A DNA stretch of 64,000 nt from Tubiluchus corallicola. Its lineage: Eukaryota > Animalia > Priapulida. Shown here one piece after another: positions 28,101-43,100 of the stretch. Position numbers and translations under genes: made by a program. The DNA lies in assembly GCA_030141605.1 (NCBI GenBank), contig JAQGDQ010000255.1:57746-121745 (forward strand), written 5' to 3'. Below the pieces are notes generated by a model. It was not told where the DNA came from and ran no database searches. It saw only the letters and a list, made by a program, of their open reading frames with translations. Numbering within the stretch: position 1 is the stretch's first letter; each line of letters opens with the position of its first letter.

Positions 28101-31100
28101 TGGCACCCAAGCATAAAAAATCGGCTTCGGTTCGGCTGATGAAAATGTATATTGGGTGCACCCCTAGACCTGCATTGTTTAATAGACAATGGGGTTTTGG
28201 GACAACAGTATGTTGTGTACACTGTACAAGTCTTGCAAATTTTTGTGATTGCATTGTATGTGTTTCAGTTAGATTTTTAAATTAATTAATAACTGGAATA
28301 AACAATTAAAAGTGAGATGTAAAACCAGTTAAACGCTGAAGCTTAGTCTTACGTAGTTTTACTGACTGCAAAAGGTTTAACTGAGTGATTTGATTGTGAT
28401 GTTAAAATTAAGTGACAGTGAGCTTGATCGGTAAATGGATGGGTGACTGCTGCGAAAACTGATTTGGCATGGCCGGCCTCATTTACCATATGTTCTGCAG
28501 TTCTTGCACTTGTTAGGAGAGGACATCTGAGTATGCTTAGGGCACTACTGCTGGTTCATTGTCTCATCTTGAGAAGACTATTCCTAGCATTGATCTAGAA
28601 TCTAGATTCTGGTCAGCAGCAGTAGTGGGCCACGTTATTCAGTGCTATATACCAGCAAACAGTGTACTAAATTGTGCAGTACTAGTAAAGCTTCATATGG
28701 CCTTCAATAGTGAATGCTAAGTGTTGCAACTTACCGCAGTGCATCTAAAAAGTTGCAATGAGACGAGGTGATCTGTGTCAGCTTATTTGACATCAGTAGT
28801 TTTTGATGGCAAATGAGAAGTGTAAGTTAATGGACACCAATTCGAGTCTTTTTCCACTGATAAAGACTGCACATACTCATTTCTATCCTCAAGACTTTCA
28901 AAAGTTCTATAACTTCTGGTTGAACCCAAGTGATGCCCCCTGTTCATGTCAATGCTTGCTTATGCTAAATGTTGTTCTTTGAGGCACTTAAAATTGGTTT
29001 ATTCTGCCCACCAGGCATTTTACCATAACTTGGATAAGTTGTATTAAAATTTAGTAGTTCATGTACTTAGTTTAATTAGTGTTTGATGTTTTACACTCTG
29101 TGTTAAGACCTTTCGTTGAACAAGATGTAGTGCTGTGAAAGATGTTAATACCTCTACAATATTTTGCACTATGCATTTTTATTTTTTACCAATTTTTTTA
29201 CTGTTTCTCGTGTGTCTGTAGGTTTTACTAGCCATGCGTGCTAACGTAGAAGATCGTGGTTTGAAAGGTGACTGCACTCCACTGATGGAAGCGGCAGGTG
29301 CCGGTCATGTCGACATTGTCAAGCTTCTGTTGGCCCACAGTGCTGATGTCAATGCTCAGTCCAATGCAGGTATGTTAACATGATGAGGAATTTCCCATTT
29401 TGGTTTTGAAAAGGTGCGCAGAGGAGGGGTAGCTTTTCAGCTTTTAAAGCACTTAAAATAACTATAGAAAAGCATTTTCTCTTATTGTATTTCCATTTGT
29501 TGCAGTAAACTGATCCAGCTTATCTGTACATATTTTTTCGATATTTAAGACACACTCCTCATTTTGCAGGGTAAAATTAAGAAAAAAGTTTTTGGTCACA
29601 GCTAACACTAAGTCCATTTTTTGCATTATTCTAATGAAAGAATTGTTTAATACTACGTGCAGGTGGTGATTTCCATCAACTTGCCTTATGATTTCTGCAT
29701 ATCAAGCTTGTTGCATCTTTGTGTTTACAGAAATGATGGCAGAGCTTTGATGTTTCCTAACTGTGCAGTGCAATATTTAATTACATTCAAAAAATCATTT
29801 TTCGCGTGACAAAACGTTCTTGTGTCAATTGTTCTTTGTATATTTCCTTACTACTACCACTACTGTACTAATGAAAGTTGTGGCATACATTCAGCCTATA
29901 AAATACAGGCTGTTTTTAGTATGGTTTTTCCTAGAAAAAACTGCGTCTTATATGACGAAAAGTGTGATACGAGCAGTAGATGCATACTAAAGTACTTCTC
30001 TGTTAATTGATACCTCTTTTGTCTAGTTAATCTACACCGGGAGCCTTTCATATCCATTGTTTTTAATGGTTCTGAATGGAAGAAATAGGTGTCGAAACAC
30101 ACTGCTGTATCAGCATCACGTTTGATCTAAGTTGCACTCATTTCACTCTTTTACTAAACAGGTAACACCGCGTTGACGTACGCATGTGCCGCTGGTCACG
30201 AGGAGGTGGTGAAAGTGTTGTTGGAGCACTGTGCCGATGTAGAACATCACAACGAAAATGGGCACACGCCTTTGATGGAAGCTGCCAGCGGCGGCCATGT
30301 TAGGGTGGCAAAGATACTGCTGGAGAATGGTGCCGGAATCAACACCCATTCTAATGAGTTCAAAGAAAGTGCTCTGACCCTTGCTTGCTACAAAGGTAAG
30401 AATTGAGTTTTGTCATGCAAAGTCAGCAAAGTTGAATGTCTTTTACAAAATAGTAAGTTGTTCTGTTATGTATTCCTCCCTGTCTTGTTCTCTTACCTTC
30501 TCACTGATCATTGTATCTGCTTGACATTGCACTGTATTCGTGCTTTTGCATCTGCACAGTACATTGGCTATCTGTTTTTCTATAGTAATGATCAGTTAGA
30601 GATTTGTCATTATGCTTAATATTAGAGAATATCTGCTACAACCACAGAACGCTTTTTCGTGATCATGGAAGTGGGACTGACATGATCCTGCTATCACAGT
30701 GGTCGTAGGCTAGAATCAATTGTACTGTAGAGCGTTGTACAATCTTGAGCTGATAGCAGATCACAACTTCAAGCTAGGTAGCACCAACACAGGCACTTCA
30801 GTTTGTAATGCTTTGTTTTGTTTCGTTTCATCATGTTCCAAGAATTTGAGTCGAGTAAGTTCTGGAAAAAATTTTCTGTAGAGTCAGGGACTGTAGCGAG
30901 ATGTATTGGACGTGATTCTGACTGTCACTCTAGTGATGTCTTATCAGAATCAGAATTTTTCACTGTTTGATTGTAGCAGAAAACTCTCTATTAAGTCTTT
31001 TGGTTATTAATTTAGTACAGTGTATTTGCCTATTGAGTCGCCTTCTGTTGCTCTAGTCTTAATGTTCAATGTTTGAATTCAGGTCACTTGGAGATGGTTC

Positions 31101-34100
31101 GATTCCTACTGGAGGCCGGTGCCGACCAGGAGCATAAAACGGATGAAATGCATACTGCGCTCATGGAGGCATCCATGGATGGACACGTGGAAGTTGCTCG
31201 TTTGCTCTTAGACAGTGGCGCTCAGGTCAGTTTTGGGTAGTAACATGTTTTAACTAATATCTGGTGACGTTGCACTATTAGGTTGTTCCGTTTTAGAACT
31301 TTGGATTTTAAAGGATTTTTTTATGTTGTCTTTGTAATAGTGTTTAGCATAAGTGTTTAGTGTTATCAGCTGCTTTTGGGAAAGGACTAGTTCAAGCACT
31401 AAACAAATTATTATGCTTGAGAATTGCCTATTGGTGTCTGTTTTGATTTGAAATGAGTTGTTAGATGCTGAACAAAACTTTCTTTGACACAATTTCCTTT
31501 AACACAAGATTGGCTGTGTTAAGTCAGACTTGCAATACCGATATAAAGTTCAGTGATTATAGCAAGTATTCTGGAAGCATTTTAATCTGCAAACTTCTAC
31601 TTTTTCTACTTTCCTGTAATGATTGGTGTTATCCTTAACCGTGTTCATTTCAGGTATACTGTTTTAATGTGTTTTTTAATATTGTTTTATACTTGGTAGT
31701 TTATACTTGGTTTTTTATAAATATTTGGTAGTACAGTATTACAATGGGTTGTAATAGAAAATAAATAAATCAAACAAAATAAAACACTATGATGTCTAGC
31801 GGCGTGTAATGCAGGTTGTATTATGGTTAAAAGTTTGTTGGTGTAGTCACTATGTCCATGAAGCCTGTACGTTGAGCAGAATTTATATAACCTTTTCGCA
31901 ATAATTTGTAAATGTCTTCAACTTAGTTTGACAACAAATATGTGATTAACGATTAAATCAGAGCTGCTTCTTAACGTATTAAATACCAATGTTAGTGTAA
32001 TTTACTGGTTTTAAACATTCTTTCTGATGTAACAAGTGACTTAGGTAATTGGCAATTTTTATATCTTCCTTGCAGGTTAATATGCCAGCTGATAGCTTTG
32101 AGTCGCCACTTACCCTAGCGGCATGTGGTGGTCACGTTGAGCTTGCCTGCCTCCTGATAGAGAGAGGTGCCAACTTGGAAGAGGTGAATGACGAAGGGTA
32201 CACCCCTCTCATGGAAGCAGCTAGGGAAGGGCATGAAGAAATGGTGGCTCTCCTGCTCAGCCAAGGTATCGACACCTAATTTAAATGAATATTTGAAATT
32301 ACTGCAAAATGTTCCCGTGTAGGTGAGCAGGGTTAGGTTGACTGTGTGTGTTTTAATGACATTCTGGGTTTTCCATATTTATGTATGTTAAAGCTTTATT
32401 TGGAATGGTTTGGAATTCTTAACATTTTGACTTGCAGATGGGACTAATTTTTACATACAGCAGCTCGTTGCTGTAAATTGTTGTTAGAAGCATATAAGAT
32501 CAAAAGCAATGTTATCTTACATATGAAACTGAACATTGTGATATTTACGTTGTCCGTGTGTTACACTAGGAGCCGACATTAATGCTCAGACGGAAGAGAC
32601 CCAAGAAACTGCATTGACTCTCGCTTGCTGTGGTGGATTCTTAGAAGTGGCAGATTTTCTAATCAAAGCAGGGGCCGACATTGAGTTGGGTGCCAGCACA
32701 CCTTTGATGGAGGCGTCGCAAGAAGGTCATCTAGAACTAGTCCGCTATCTTCTAGAAGCTGGTAAGATATTCTTTATTAGTCCTTGTTTTGAATTTACAC
32801 TTGTTACACTGGATTTTTAAACATTTTTGAGTGCAGTAGCTCGTTAATCATTTGATTCAATAACATAGAAATAATTCATGAATCTTAGTGTCAAAGATTG
32901 GAACAGTTAATAAGGAATCTCGCTGTACAAAAATTGAAAAGACACTTTGTCTCAGTTCATCATTGTTTACTATTTTTTAATGGAAGGCAAGAAGAAAGAA
33001 GTCTTAAAATCACTAACATTTTGGTTTTTGTAATTTATAACAAAATTACTTTTTTGGCATGAACCATGTAGGCCTGTAATGATACATTGTGATATCTTTT
33101 GTTACGAAATGTGTATCACCAAAGTGCATCCATATTGTGAAAATCTGATTCAATGATATTTATCGTATGCACTTGACCGTGTGCTGACAAAAAATATTTG
33201 AAGTGATTCAATTGCAGCTGCAGATTGTATTGTTAGCTTAACAATTGGTGCAGTGAGCAATAGTTGACTAAACACAGGCATTCCTAGAAGCCAAAGTGGT
33301 TAAAAACACGGGATGTTTAACCTGTAGTATTCTTAATCTGTATGTCTTATTCACAATGCCATTTGCATCCAAATTGCTAGATATTACTGATTAACATAAA
33401 AAGTACAAAAGGTCAATAATTTGTAATTTACTGGGTTTATAACTGCTTTGCATATTCGGAGTTTTGTTTTAGATGCATTTTAATATGTTTAAATTGGAGT
33501 GTCAGGAGTAAACCATAAGTAATTGTGATGTTGTTTCTAGGTGCGCATGTTCGTGCCACTACGGCCACTGGTGATACGGCTCTGACTTACGCAGCTGAAA
33601 ATGGCCACACTGACGTAGCTGATTTATTGCTGCAAGCTGGTTCTGATCTGGTAAGTCATCTTGTCTCTGTGTTGCTGTTTTTCCTAAATCTGTTACTTGT
33701 CTTTAAAAACAAAGCAGGCAAGTCTCTGTCAAGGTGTTGTTTAGTAAAATCCAGGAAACTGGAAAATATCAAAGTGCTGTGTGTCAAGTGTAAAGCTGTG
33801 AGTTTCAAAACATGTGAAGGCCACTGATTTTTATATAGGCACATGTGATCTGTATAGCTGCTGATTGCTTCGAATTGTAAAGCTGGATAGCCTGATAATT
33901 TCATTATCTTTTCGTTACTTTGAGAGCTGACGTTAATGACCAGGAAATTCCGTTTAGACTTTAAAATGAAATTAATCGCTTCATAAATGAATAAAGTTAA
34001 TTTTGTTGTAACATTTTAAACTCCGAAAATGATTTTAGGGTTTGGATCTTGAACGTTTTTAATGTTTGAATTCATCATTAACAGGAACATGAATCGGAGG

Positions 34101-37100
34101 GAGGAAGGACTCCTCTGATGAAAGCAGCAAGGGCGGGTCACTTGTGCATCGTGCAGTTTTTGATATCACGCGGAGCTGACGTGAACAAAGCAACAACCAA
34201 TAATGATCATACTGTGTTGTCACTCGCCTGTGCTGGTGGCCATTTGACTGTGGTAGAGCTCCTACTGGCCCATGGTGCGGATCCAGGCCACAAGTTGAAG
34301 GTATGTGTACTGCTCTGTGTCTCTTGAGTAGTTTTGGTTTTAGTTTTTCACCTTTAACAGTCTGTCAAGTCAAATTTACTCAACAACTAGCAGCAGTTTG
34401 CATTAATTTGACCGGTTTAACTTGAAAAAGATAGCTGCAGATATTTTTGGGGCATATATTTATGGTTAGCACTAGGAATGGTTATCTATTCAACAAATAT
34501 CACAAAATTATCGACACAGAATTGTTTTTAGATTCGTCAACATGACTTGGGGTGTGCTAGTTCATTGTTAGCACAATAATGAATTGTGCATTCTTGTATG
34601 AAACTGCCGGGTTAAAATTGTCATTGTTTTTGCAACTACATTTACACTGAAGTGCCAGCTGAGTCAACAGTAGAAAGATTTGCATTTTCACAAACCACTA
34701 AAATCATAAATCAGACAGAGCAGCATCAAAGCGCTGAGTTCAGTGAGCTATTAGCCTCTTAACAGCAACTTAACAGTGACAGACGACTTGAAACAAGTTA
34801 CTGAACTATCGTACAGAAGTTAGTAAATCAAATAAGTCTGTAGTTGGTAAACTGTTAAAAAGACAATTTATCGATTAATACTAAAACGTTTTTTCTAATC
34901 TATGTATGCTACAATAACAAAATAAACTAATGTTTAGAACGACAGCTTTGCTTTTAATACTCAAAGTATCACTCGTAGAGATTTTGAGAGTTAAATTAGT
35001 ACAGGCCTGCAAACACTGCTCAATTAAAAATGTGCACTATTTCTAATTATCAACAGATGTCAATTTGACACAACTGTCGATTCATCGACACGATCCAGAA
35101 CTATTGATAATCATCACTTATAATAATTTTTAGATCGCCATATTACTTATTTACAATTGCTAATTATATCTATTTATGCTTAAGCATTTTTTACCATTAC
35201 TCCTGTTTGCTTTTCCTTTAATTTCAATCTCACTTTTCTTCAGGATGGTTCAACTATGATGATTGAGTCATCCAAGGGTGGTCACACGTCCGTTGTGGCT
35301 CTGTTGATCGACTATCCGAACAACCTTTTGACTTCCACCCCACCACCGGATCTGTCGCAGCTCACTCCACCTAACCCGGAAGGAGCTGAGGCTTCTAGGG
35401 TACCTTTGCGTGGACTGCCTACTCTGCCTGGTCAGGAACTTGATGCGGCAGTACTGAACGCTAGTCAGTTTACCAGTTTACAGGCCAGTGCTATGCCACG
35501 GCTGACGGGACAAGTAAGTAGTTTTAAAATTTGTTTTGTCTGATGTGCTGAGTCCTCATTAATTAAGTTACTAAAAGTTCACGTTTGATTTAGTGTAACA
35601 CACTGTGAAGTACCAAACTGCTAGTATGGTCTAATGTAAATCTAAAATGACTGTAATTTACGACTTTTGTGTAGCGCAACTTTTGATGAGCCCTTCCTGA
35701 AACAATTGCTGCAAAATTTACTAAATTATCTTTGGTCAAATTTAAACGTGATAACAAAATGCATTTTGTTGAGTTCTCATTGTGTATGACATAACTGATT
35801 TAGTATCAACAATATTTCTTTAGTGGAACTAAAATTAATTTGTTGAACAAATTTTCAAACGAAGGTCCACGAGGTGCACAAATTTTAACATTTGAGATTT
35901 ATGTTGATACTTAACCACATTAACTTTCAGGTGAGCTTAAACGACTGTCCAATACTTCCACTGGATGAAGCGATACGTCAGATTGATGAGAACTTGGTGA
36001 AGAATACGACCACGCCGGTAATCGACAGGGTAACTCTAGCCGACATCCAGCACGTGCAGAACGCAATCCGCAACAATCCAGTCCAGTCATCGGGAAGTTT
36101 GGATGTAGAGAAGCCTTGTGATTTGGATGATGCTGGTGGATCCGTACCCGAGGGTGCCGAGGCTGAGCTTAAGCCTGGAGAGAGACTGGAGGAATTCATC
36201 AACGAGATGGTCAAAAAGGCCGAAGAGCCAAATGCCACTCCGGAAGAACGCATTCTGAAGAAGCAGCAGATCCTTGAGGAGCTGCAGAAAGTTGAACGGG
36301 AACTTCAGGAAAAAGCACACAGCCACCTCCTACTGACGGCTCAGCAGCAACAGCGGTTGTCTCAGGGATTGCAGACACCGCCTCCCCAGGAAGGTACATC
36401 TCAATCGCAGCCTCGTCAAACGCAGCTTCTTCCGACGCCCCACTTATCTCAAGTTCTTCAAGCGCAGAATGTCATGATATCGCAGAACATTTCTCTACCG
36501 GCAACGGCCCAACAGTTGGCACTGCAACAACAGCTGCAGGCCGTGAGTCCCATCATCGGTTCAACCGACCTGAACATCAACGTAACTCTTCCGCTGTTCA
36601 ATCCTCTGCCCACGTCTCTGATCGACTCCATCAAGAGTGGCAGCAAGCATTCTCAGCTCAGCTCCGCATCCCTTCTTCAGTCGGCTGCGATGAATCTTAC
36701 CGACACGTTCTTACCCACCCATGTGGCACCGGCCTCGACAACCGGTGGTGATGGGTTGTCGCTAGTGACTCCACCATCGAGTCCGGCAGCGGCAATTTCT
36801 GCTCCGAACAATGAACTGCAAGGAGAAGGCTTGATGGTAGCGGCTCCGGCTCGTACTTTGGATGAGACGTTGAGTGATATCATGATAGGTACATGTACGT
36901 ATTTATCCATTATTTCTACATTTGTCTTCTTTGTTTAGTTAGAAGCCAAAAAATATTTAACTTTTCATAAAGTGACTGCAGAAGAAAATTTTTCTGTATA
37001 TGGGAATGCTTTGTCACTTCCTTGTTTTAATTATTTGCTTCAAATTTTTGTTGACAGTATAGGCAAAGCCAAGAGTCATCTTAATAGTGATATTGCATAA

Positions 37101-40100
37101 CAGTGTTAATTAAAAAAAATCATAGCAACGTCTGATTTCAAGTTTTGATTACCTCAATTAATTATAGCAGCTAGTAGTGAGAGTTTAATTGATGAATTGA
37201 TGGATATTTTCTAAAATAATTTATATACATAACAATAGTTTTTATTCATTCTCACACGGCAGATTTTAAGTGATTCAACATACATTTTGTATTTTTCAGT
37301 ACCGACCCATTGCCAACAAACAAACAGTACCCAGGTCTACACCACCAATGTGACGAGTGTCGCTACTCAGTGTATTGACTTTCACCCCCATCTTGCTCGC
37401 AGCATTTCTCCTCCCTCTTCGGGGCCTCTCACACCCAATCCATCACCCGCGTCTCCTCACGTTTCCCCGCCCGTGTATCCTTTACTGGACCTCGATGCGC
37501 AAACGGAGAGCAACCATGACACCGCGCTGACTTTGGCTTGTGCTGGTGGCCATGAAGAGCTTGTTAGCTTGCTGTTGGCAAGGGGAGCTGATAAAGAGCA
37601 TAGAGATAAGAAAGGTACAACCAGCTGTTTTTTTTGCAAGTTTTAACTGTTATTAGCTCAGGTTATTAGTTATTATTTTTTCGTGGTGTTTTTCATTTTC
37701 ACACTGTCTTGGGCAACTTTTTTTATGTATCATTTCACAATTAATGCTACATTTTTTTAGTTAGATTTTTAAAATACTTTGTTCTAAAGACAATGTTTTT
37801 GTATCATAGAGGATTTCAGTAACTGTTCAGATTTGTGTGACTATTTATCAGAAATAACAGCTATTTTCTCAGCAATCTTTAACTTTTTTTCAGGTTTCAC
37901 TCCTTTGATATTAGCAGCAACCGCTGGACATTCCGGAGTTGTTCAGATATTACTGGAGAGCGGAGCTGACATTGAAGCTCAGTCAGAGAGGACTAAAGAC
38001 ACTGCTTTATCATTAGCTTGCTCTGGAGGTCGTTATGAGGTAGCAATCTATGCATTTTGCACATTCATCAACTTCCCTGTAGTTTTTTGTTGTGTAGATA
38101 CTGTATTGAAACTGTTTTTTAATTTTGTACAGAGTTTTGTACTTTGTTAAGAAAATATTGTTGTGTTTTATTCCAGGTTGTCGAGATTCTACTGACCAAA
38201 AGTGCAAACAAGGAGCACCGCAATGTGTCCGATTACACACCTCTAAGTCTAGCCGCATCGGGTGGATACGTAAACATTATCAAACTACTGTTACAACATG
38301 GTGCCGAAATTAACTCCAGGTATAATTTTTATTTCTTTTTACAAACTGTTACATTGTTTTGCTAGAATGTAGTATAATTATTTTCAGTCTTACGTTATGT
38401 TGTAATGTTTTGCATTTATTTGTCTCAGGACTGGAAGTAAGCTAGGCATATCACCCCTTATGCTGGCGGCCATGAACGGTCACACAGCGGCGGTCAGGCT
38501 ACTGCTGGACATGGGTTCGGATATTAATGCACAGATTGAGACCAACCGAAACACAGCGCTTACCCTTGCTTGCTTTCAAGGTCGTCACGAGGTGGTCAGC
38601 CTTTTGGTTGACCGCAAGGCCAACGTTGAGCATCGGGCAAAGGTTGGTAACATTTCTTGTGACATATTTTTACAGAATTGTTTCATGTTGATTGGAAAGT
38701 AAGACCCCAGTTGCAGTTTATATATGTTATTTAACAATTTTCTTCGTTTTTGTGCACTGGAGTTAACGATGTCTTAATTTGCAGACCGGACTGACACCTC
38801 TTATGGAAGCTGCTTCTGGCGGTTACGTTGAAGTTGGCAGGGTTCTGTTAGATAAAGGCGCCGATGTTAATGCTGCTCCTGTCCCTTCGTCTCGTGATAC
38901 AGCTTTGACAATAGCTGCAGACAAAGGTCATTATAGGTGAGGAAAAGATCATTATGTCTTCCAGGTTCTAAGACAGAAGATTTTGTAATAGGTTCTAAAC
39001 TTGGAAATTTTGGAATTAAGAAGTTTGGGAACATCCAAAAATTTAGTGTGCTTACGTTGCGATACAACGACTTTGGTTTGACATAAAAATGTTTCATGAC
39101 TACAGATGTTCGTAGGTGAAACACTCGGTCTAACATTTTTCTGAAACTTCTGAACCATGAATTGCTAAATGCATTTTTATTTTAGGTTTGTTGAGCTGCT
39201 GCTTCAGCGTGGTGCAATGGTGGACGTCAAGAACAAGAAAGGCAATTCTCCACTCTGGTTAGCGTGCAATGGTAAATTTAATGCTCAATTGTTCCTCCTG
39301 ATAGAAAGGGTTAAGGTAGTAGTTGAGGTTGAGAAGTGAAAAATTGATATGGAGCTGAAGCTACAGTTTCTAGTGGAGACTCATAGTAACTTTGATGTTA
39401 GTGATAAGATACCTATCAAATGATTATTAGAGTAATTGCAAGGTGATCATTAATTTGGTAAAACTATTTTATGTGGCAATTAGAAGAATTACAATGACCA
39501 AAGGTGCCTGACTTCCCTAATTTCACTTTTCCAGTGGGTAATCCAGTTTGTGTTTATTTGCTGAGCAGATTTCTCCTAGTATTTTCATTTTTTGAAACAG
39601 AGTTTGGAATTAGTGTTTTCTTATATTAAGAGCAAGTTTAAATTGTTTCTCATTTCAAGTGTGGTATCATTTTCACTGGAAGTGATTGAGAAAAAATTTC
39701 TGTTTTTTATCACTTTTTTGTTATTTGCTCTCTCAGAAAAGTGTGATTATTAGCAATTTCTTCTATAAAGAAGTCGGTATGTAATGTTCATATTTTGTGT
39801 CTGCAGAGAAGGCAGGCATAAGTGGCTACTTCTCTACTTCTTAGTATTTTAAATTTGTTCCTGTAAAGCTGACACACATCTGTTGTATTTCTTCACTAGC
39901 AGGTGGCCATTTAGACGTTGTCCAACTACTCGTGAATGCTGGTGCCGATATTGATAGCCAGGACAACCGCAAGGTGTCATGTCTGATGGCGGCATTCCGC
40001 AAGGGTCATGTAAAGGTCGTCAAGTGGCTAGTCAAGCATGTTACGCAGTTTCCGTCAGACACGGAATGCATGAGATATATCACTACAATCTCAGACAAGG

Positions 40101-43100
40101 TAACTAGTTCCTGGACTACATTCTTGTAGTTTTTTAAAATGAGAAAAAAGCGCTGTTGGATTTTATGGTTAGAGCATGTATTATGCGTGGAATGATGAAT
40201 TTAGAGAGTTGTTGTCGAAAAGACGACGAAGAACAATTGCCGAAAGAATTCTTTGCAACTAGGATATGCTTTGGTCCTTCACAAGCTGCTTCGTAAATGA
40301 CTCAAACCAAATTGTAGAGATTTAAGTAACAAATCAGGATGTCATACTAGGCAAACTTGACCAAATGAATGCCCCATATTAATTATTACAAATTTAACTT
40401 TGGTGAAGCTAGTTGTTGAGATCAGAACTGTGGAGGAGTGAATAGCTCATTACTGAGGTTTAAAATTTGGCCAGGTGAATTAGCCGCACAGGAACTAAAG
40501 AACTTTTGTGCAATAGTGATTTTGTCCGACAGCAGTTTTCGTATGTTTCTTAAACGTTTCCAGCACAACGGTACAGTGCTACCTGCCACCTTTGAGGATT
40601 GTTCTGCTGAGGAATCTACATCAGCAGTAGTTTTTGTTTCACTCTCCATGCATTTGGTCCTTGGGATTAAAAATAATTTGATCAGTTGAGTCTCTGCAAG
40701 ATTTTAGTTTGAGGCTTCAGTCTCAGTGTAAATTTGATTTCACTGACAGATTTTATTTTGTCTTAGTTTATTATGTAGTTGCAAAACATCTAGTTGCAGG
40801 ATATTTCAAAGTTTGTTTAAAATATGCTTGATTTTCGGTACTTCTTCTTTACACAGTGTATCTGTGAAACACTAAATATTGTTTTCTACAATAACCGTTG
40901 TAAAAACTATGTAATAGTATAATTGTAGCTAGTAGAGAGAATAGTATACATCACTTCTTAACTGTTGGTTTTGCTTGTCCATAAAACTTAATTAGAAGTC
41001 GATGATGTTGTAGGAATTGCTGAAGAAATGCCATCAGTGTATGGAGATCATCGTCACGGCGAAGGTCCGACAAGCTGAAGAAGCGAACAAGAATGCCAAT
41101 TCTCTATTGAAGGAGCTGGACCTGGAAAAATCCCGTGAAGAGACCAAAAAAGCAGCTAAACAACGCAAAAAAGAGAAGGCGAAAAAGCGAAAGAAGGAAA
41201 AACAGGCACAGGAGCATCCGTGAGTGTTATGTAATATTGCAGGCAGTGGGATTTAGTCATTCAGTCATTTAATTTGGCCTGCAGTTGTATTAAATGTTTA
41301 ATTAATTTTTACTCTATTTGCATCTGTATTTATTGCAGAGGTGGAGCTGAAGAGAACGAACACAAACCAGGAGGGGATTGCGACTGCGACGATTGTCGAA
41401 AGCTGGAATTAGAGAGGCAGGAGAATGAAAAACGAGAGGAGGAAGAAGAGAGGGAAAGAGCAAAGCAGTCAGCGATGCGTGTTCCTGTGACAGCGCCACC
41501 TTCATCAGCCTCTACTAACAATGGTAAATTTGTATAGATTTTTATGTAAGTTAGAAAACTTTATCGATTTTATAGATAGTTTAACAGTGGTGTAAGCAAT
41601 GTTATTTGAGTTTTTTTTGCATGTGAATGTTTTCAGTTTAAAAAAAAGTGACATGCTTTTGTAGTCATCCATGTAGTTATCAATTGTTTTTTAGCAGGAA
41701 AGTCAGATATGATCATTAACAGCACAAATCGGAATACCAAGGCTGCGAGAGAGACAGCAAAAACGGCACGAGAAAATCAAAAGAACAAAGCGAAACAAGA
41801 AGCTGCAGAGATACCACAGAAACCCAAGTTGAGGAACAATGAGCTAGACAATGTTGCCGATGTGACAAAGCAGGTGAAAAAGAAAGAAAAATCTGCAGAT
41901 CGCGACATCCCACCGGATGTCACTCAAAACAAAACCAAGCCTCAATTTCGCGATGAACACGAGAAAAGGCCAAAGAAAGACAGGGATGCAGAAAGGCGGA
42001 AGCAGCCAGTGTCGACAAAAGTAGCAAGTGGAATGCCTCAGGTTACAGCGGTTGTGAATAGCATTGTCATCACGGCTACGGCAACAACCAGCGTGACAAC
42101 AGCACCTGTTGTTTCCAGCAAGAACAAACGGAAGAAGGTAGAGAGCTCTGGCGTTGCCGAACTTGATGATTTCGGGAAGCTGCCTCAAAACATGGGGAAA
42201 CTGAATACCACACCAAAAGGGAAGAATGAATCAACGAAAGTCAGTGCACTGTAAGTGTCACAGATATCAGTTGTTCATTACAAAGTGTTAGTTGGTGGCA
42301 AAATTGTCATTAATAGTAAACATTGTTAAAATTAAAATTAGTATTGCAAGTATTTTCTGGTAGAGGGTCTCTAAAAGATGTCACTGATTTAAATGATAGT
42401 TACTTCAAGTGTTACCGTTGTTATATATAGTGATTTAATATGGAAAGCATTTTGCCATTTGCAATGCTTCAGCTTAGAAGTCACATGTAGATTCTGTGTC
42501 CTGTGTTTTTTTTTGTAGCTGACCAGCAGCCAAATGCCAATATGCTGTTACACACACAGCTCAAAATTTTTACTCCCAGAATTGGCTTTTGTTTTTATTG
42601 AAGTAAAGACAATAAAAATTTTTGATGTGTTTTATTTGCAGTTTTCTTGTTGCTTATAAAATGTAAATCCGTTTTCATTTTAGTGACAACTTTGGTGACT
42701 TGCTTCTCGTGCCACCGAAGACGGTTGCTACAAGTCATGCGCCAACAAAGTCGGTTCCTATGATGACGAGTCCCAAGCGCAGCAGCAAGCGAGAGGAGGG
42801 GTGGAAGGAGGTGGTCAGAAGGTATTGGTTTTATGTTTGTAACCTCAAACTTGTTATTAGTTCAGGATAAAACCAATGTGAAATGTGCTTCCTATAATCT
42901 GAAAATGGAAACTGCTAGCTAAGTGGTCCATGCATGCAAGTACATGGAGAGATACATACCTACCTGTACTTATCCAACTAGCAAGCAGCTCAGTACCTCT
43001 TTTCAGAATATTATTATTCATAATGAGGTGGGATTAGGTGTAAGTGTGAAGAAACAGCAACAATAGCTTTGGATCATAGATGGATGTCTGTCATTTCATC

